Shown here piece by piece: positions 24,682 through 26,322 of a stretch of DNA of 26,322 bases. The notes beneath the pieces were generated by a model. It ran no database searches. It had not been told where the DNA came from and saw only the letters and a program-made list of their open reading frames with translations. The translations under genes were made by a program, and so were the position numbers. Position 1 is the first letter of the stretch, and every line of letters begins with the position of its first letter. Origin of the DNA: a virus (taxonomy: Duplodnaviria; Heunggongvirae; Uroviricota; Caudoviricetes). The stretch is from positions 1-26,322 of IMG/VR virus record IMGVR_UViG_3300045988_013119; one strand, 5' to 3'.

Positions 24682-25281
24682 TCACTCTCCTTTGATGCCA
24701 ATGTTTACAGCCTGGCAAGCCTCTTTGAGCACCCAGTCAACAGCGTCTTTCCATGCTCCGGTTTCGGCTGGCGGATTCTCATTTTTTACCTGCTCATAGA
24801 AACGCATTGCTTTAACCAGTCCTTCAGGCACTACCGACGCTGGCAAGGCGGGGTGATGGTAGAGTGGCACAGTTTTGTACAGTGGCTCGCCAGGAGTTCT
24901 GTCAACCTGATTCCATTCTTCAACCCAGGCATCAACAACCGCTTTGCTGGTTGATACATGTTCTTCTGAATCTACATTTTGTCCTGATATACAGAACATA
25001 ACTGCCTCTGCTTCCAGCTCGCCCAGCAGCGCTAAGACGGTAGCGGGATTGGCTGCGGCGATGAATTCAGCATTGGCCTGCTGTTCCATTTGGAAATCTT
25101 CATCGAAACCGCTTTCTGGATGCGCCCCTTCAATTCTGCAAATGGGAATATATCCAGCAGCCTCGCGATGAATTAGAGCATCATCACCATCAAATCGGCC
25201 CTCTCCATATTCGAGCGACCACTCGCCACACGTTGCTTTTTCTGCCTTAGCACGCAGTGCCTGATAATCAATCTTGCTCAC
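24682..25281 (-). CDS. Ead/Ea22-like prophage protein, 199 aa
   Basis: The segment FIAAANPATVLALLGELEAE and overall acidic composition match my recollection of the Ea22-like family common in lambdoid early regions. Confidence 0.7.
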   Translation of the reverse strand: MSKIDYQALRAKAEKATCGEWSLEYGEGRFDGDDALIHREAAGYIPICRIEGAHPESGFDEDFQMEQQANAEFIAAANPATVLALLGELEAEAVMFCISGQNVDSEEHVSTSKAVVDAWVEEWNQVDRTPGEPLYKTVPLYHHPALPASVVPEGLVKAMRFYEQVKNENPPAETGAWKDAVDWVLKEACQAVNIGIKGE

Positions 25282-25880
25282 TGGTTGCCTCCTTTGCGAA
25301 GCTGGGCAGCAAAGTCAACTAACCACTCAGTCATTTCAACCTTCCCTACCAGGTCTGAACCAGGGTGCATACAGCAATCACTCTGCGCCGCTTTGAAATC
25401 CTTATACTCATATTCTTGGGCCACCAGATTTTTTGCAGCTTCTATAGCAGCATCCACCCCCTGCGCCCGCACTTCAGACAGGAAAGCATCGGTGGCTGGA
25501 ATGGGCTTTTGTGGTGATATAGCAATGCGAATTGTCTCAAGGTCTGGATCTGTTTCCGCTGCTGGCACCTTGATATAACCCATCTGCACCCCATTCATGA
25601 TGAATCTGCGACGGTCATCACATATCGCCTTTAGCCCCGCATTCTCCGCTGCCAGCGTCGAAAACTTCTCGTGTGCCAACTTAACAGCTGCATCAGCCTG
25701 CTTAATTGACTCAATCGCTCTCTGGTGGTCTTCGGCCAGCTCATTAGCACGCACCAACTGAACTTCCAGTTGCGCTGCCAAACAGCGAACAAGCACGGAT
25801 GGTGCGCCTGTCATGTCGTCAGCTAACGCATGCCCTGATGCCACTAAATCTTTGATCATACCTTCAGCCATACTTTCCAT
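25278..25880 (-). CDS. Hypothetical early protein, 200 aa, predicted helical
   Basis: GAGGG RBS and ATGA overlap with the downstream gene. Confidence 0.7.
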   Translation of the reverse strand: MESMAEGMIKDLVASGHALADDMTGAPSVLVRCLAAQLEVQLVRANELAEDHQRAIESIKQADAAVKLAHEKFSTLAAENAGLKAICDDRRRFIMNGVQMGYIKVPAAETDPDLETIRIAISPQKPIPATDAFLSEVRAQGVDAAIEAAKNLVAQEYEYKDFKAAQSDCCMHPGSDLVGKVEMTEWLVDFAAQLRKGGNQ

Positions 25881-25941
25881 CTTTACCCTCGCTTATCCAC
25901 ATAACTTATTGATTACATTGATAACTAAAAAGATCGTCGAT

Positions 25942-26241
25942 TCAGAACTTTTCGATGTTCCAGCCACCACCTGCTTTCTTTGGTTTAACCGTTACCCCGA
26001 TGATTCGGAACGGATACTGATCTGCGGCGACTTTGGTTTTCACCCTGGCGTCGTCGCTCCAGAAACCTTTCACTTCGTGCAGTTCCATCTCGCCGGTGGC
26101 GAGCATCACAGCAAAATCGGGCGTATAGAACGTGTTGTCAGCTAACCGCAGCTTGATACCCTCAAATCGATACCAGACGATTTCTCCTGCACGTTTACGC
26201 AGCTCAAGGTGCTGGCAATACGCAGATTCTGTTTTGTTCAT
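25942..26241 (-). CDS. PD-(D/E)XK-fold (DUF1064/VRR-NUC-like) phage protein, 99 aa, possibly 5-prime partial
   Basis: PD...E.K arrangement (YTPDFAV...EMELHEVKG). The frame stays open upstream to the adapter junction, so the true start may lie beyond the contig. Confidence 0.6.
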   Translation of the reverse strand: MNKTESAYCQHLELRKRAGEIVWYRFEGIKLRLADNTFYTPDFAVMLATGEMELHEVKGFWSDDARVKTKVAADQYPFRIIGVTVKPKKAGGGWNIEKF

Positions 26242-26276
26242 CTGGCCTGTTTTGAGTCGACCAAGAGCCTGTATCT

Positions 26277-26322
26277 CTGTCTCTTATACACATCTCCGAG
26301 CCCACGAGACAAGAGGCAATCT
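26277..26322. other. Synthetic Illumina Nextera adapter: mosaic end and read-2 adapter followed by 8-nt i7 index AAGAGGCA
   Basis: CTGTCTCTTATACACATCTCCGAGCCCACGAGAC followed by AAGAGGCA (which I recall as N711) and ATCT, the start of the P7 sequence. Confidence 0.95.

Noticed and set aside
1-26322. CRISPR array or other tandem repeat array
   Set aside because: No regularly spaced direct repeats were seen on inspection; the only repeated elements are the dispersed palindromes described above.

Overview
This 26.3-kb contig is flanked by untrimmed Illumina Nextera/Tn5 adapter sequence (1-41 and 26277-26322), so both ends are library artefacts, and the insert is a segment of a temperate enterobacterial phage or prophage. 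On the minus strand, right to left, a block of small early-region accessory genes (26241 to 22655) is followed by a long late morphogenesis operon (22536 to 3117): terminase small and large subunits, portal, scaffold, major capsid, small head-completion proteins, tail-tubular A/B-like proteins, four large internal virion (ejection-type) proteins and a 46-aa membrane protein. The gene order resembles a T7-supergroup podovirus, but no tail fibre/tailspike, lysis, replication, integrase or repressor genes are visible. Three cargo (moron-like) loci interrupt or flank this backbone: (i) a plus-strand tRNA-Arg(UCU) and a 140-aa ORF, AT-rich by eye, between terminase and portal; (ii) a plus-strand YafO-toxin-like ORF with a small overlapping upstream ORF, next to a Bro-N-type antirepressor; (iii) a divergently transcribed membrane-anchored Cys-rich protein. 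Two recurring sequence motifs stand out: a perfect 12-bp palindrome GTGACATGTCAC found three times, each directly upstream of an intrinsic-terminator hairpin, and an operator-like palindrome ATTACCTT-N3-GGTAA found three times in promoter-proximal DNA. All functional calls rest on motif recognition from memory and gene context; no database search was run.
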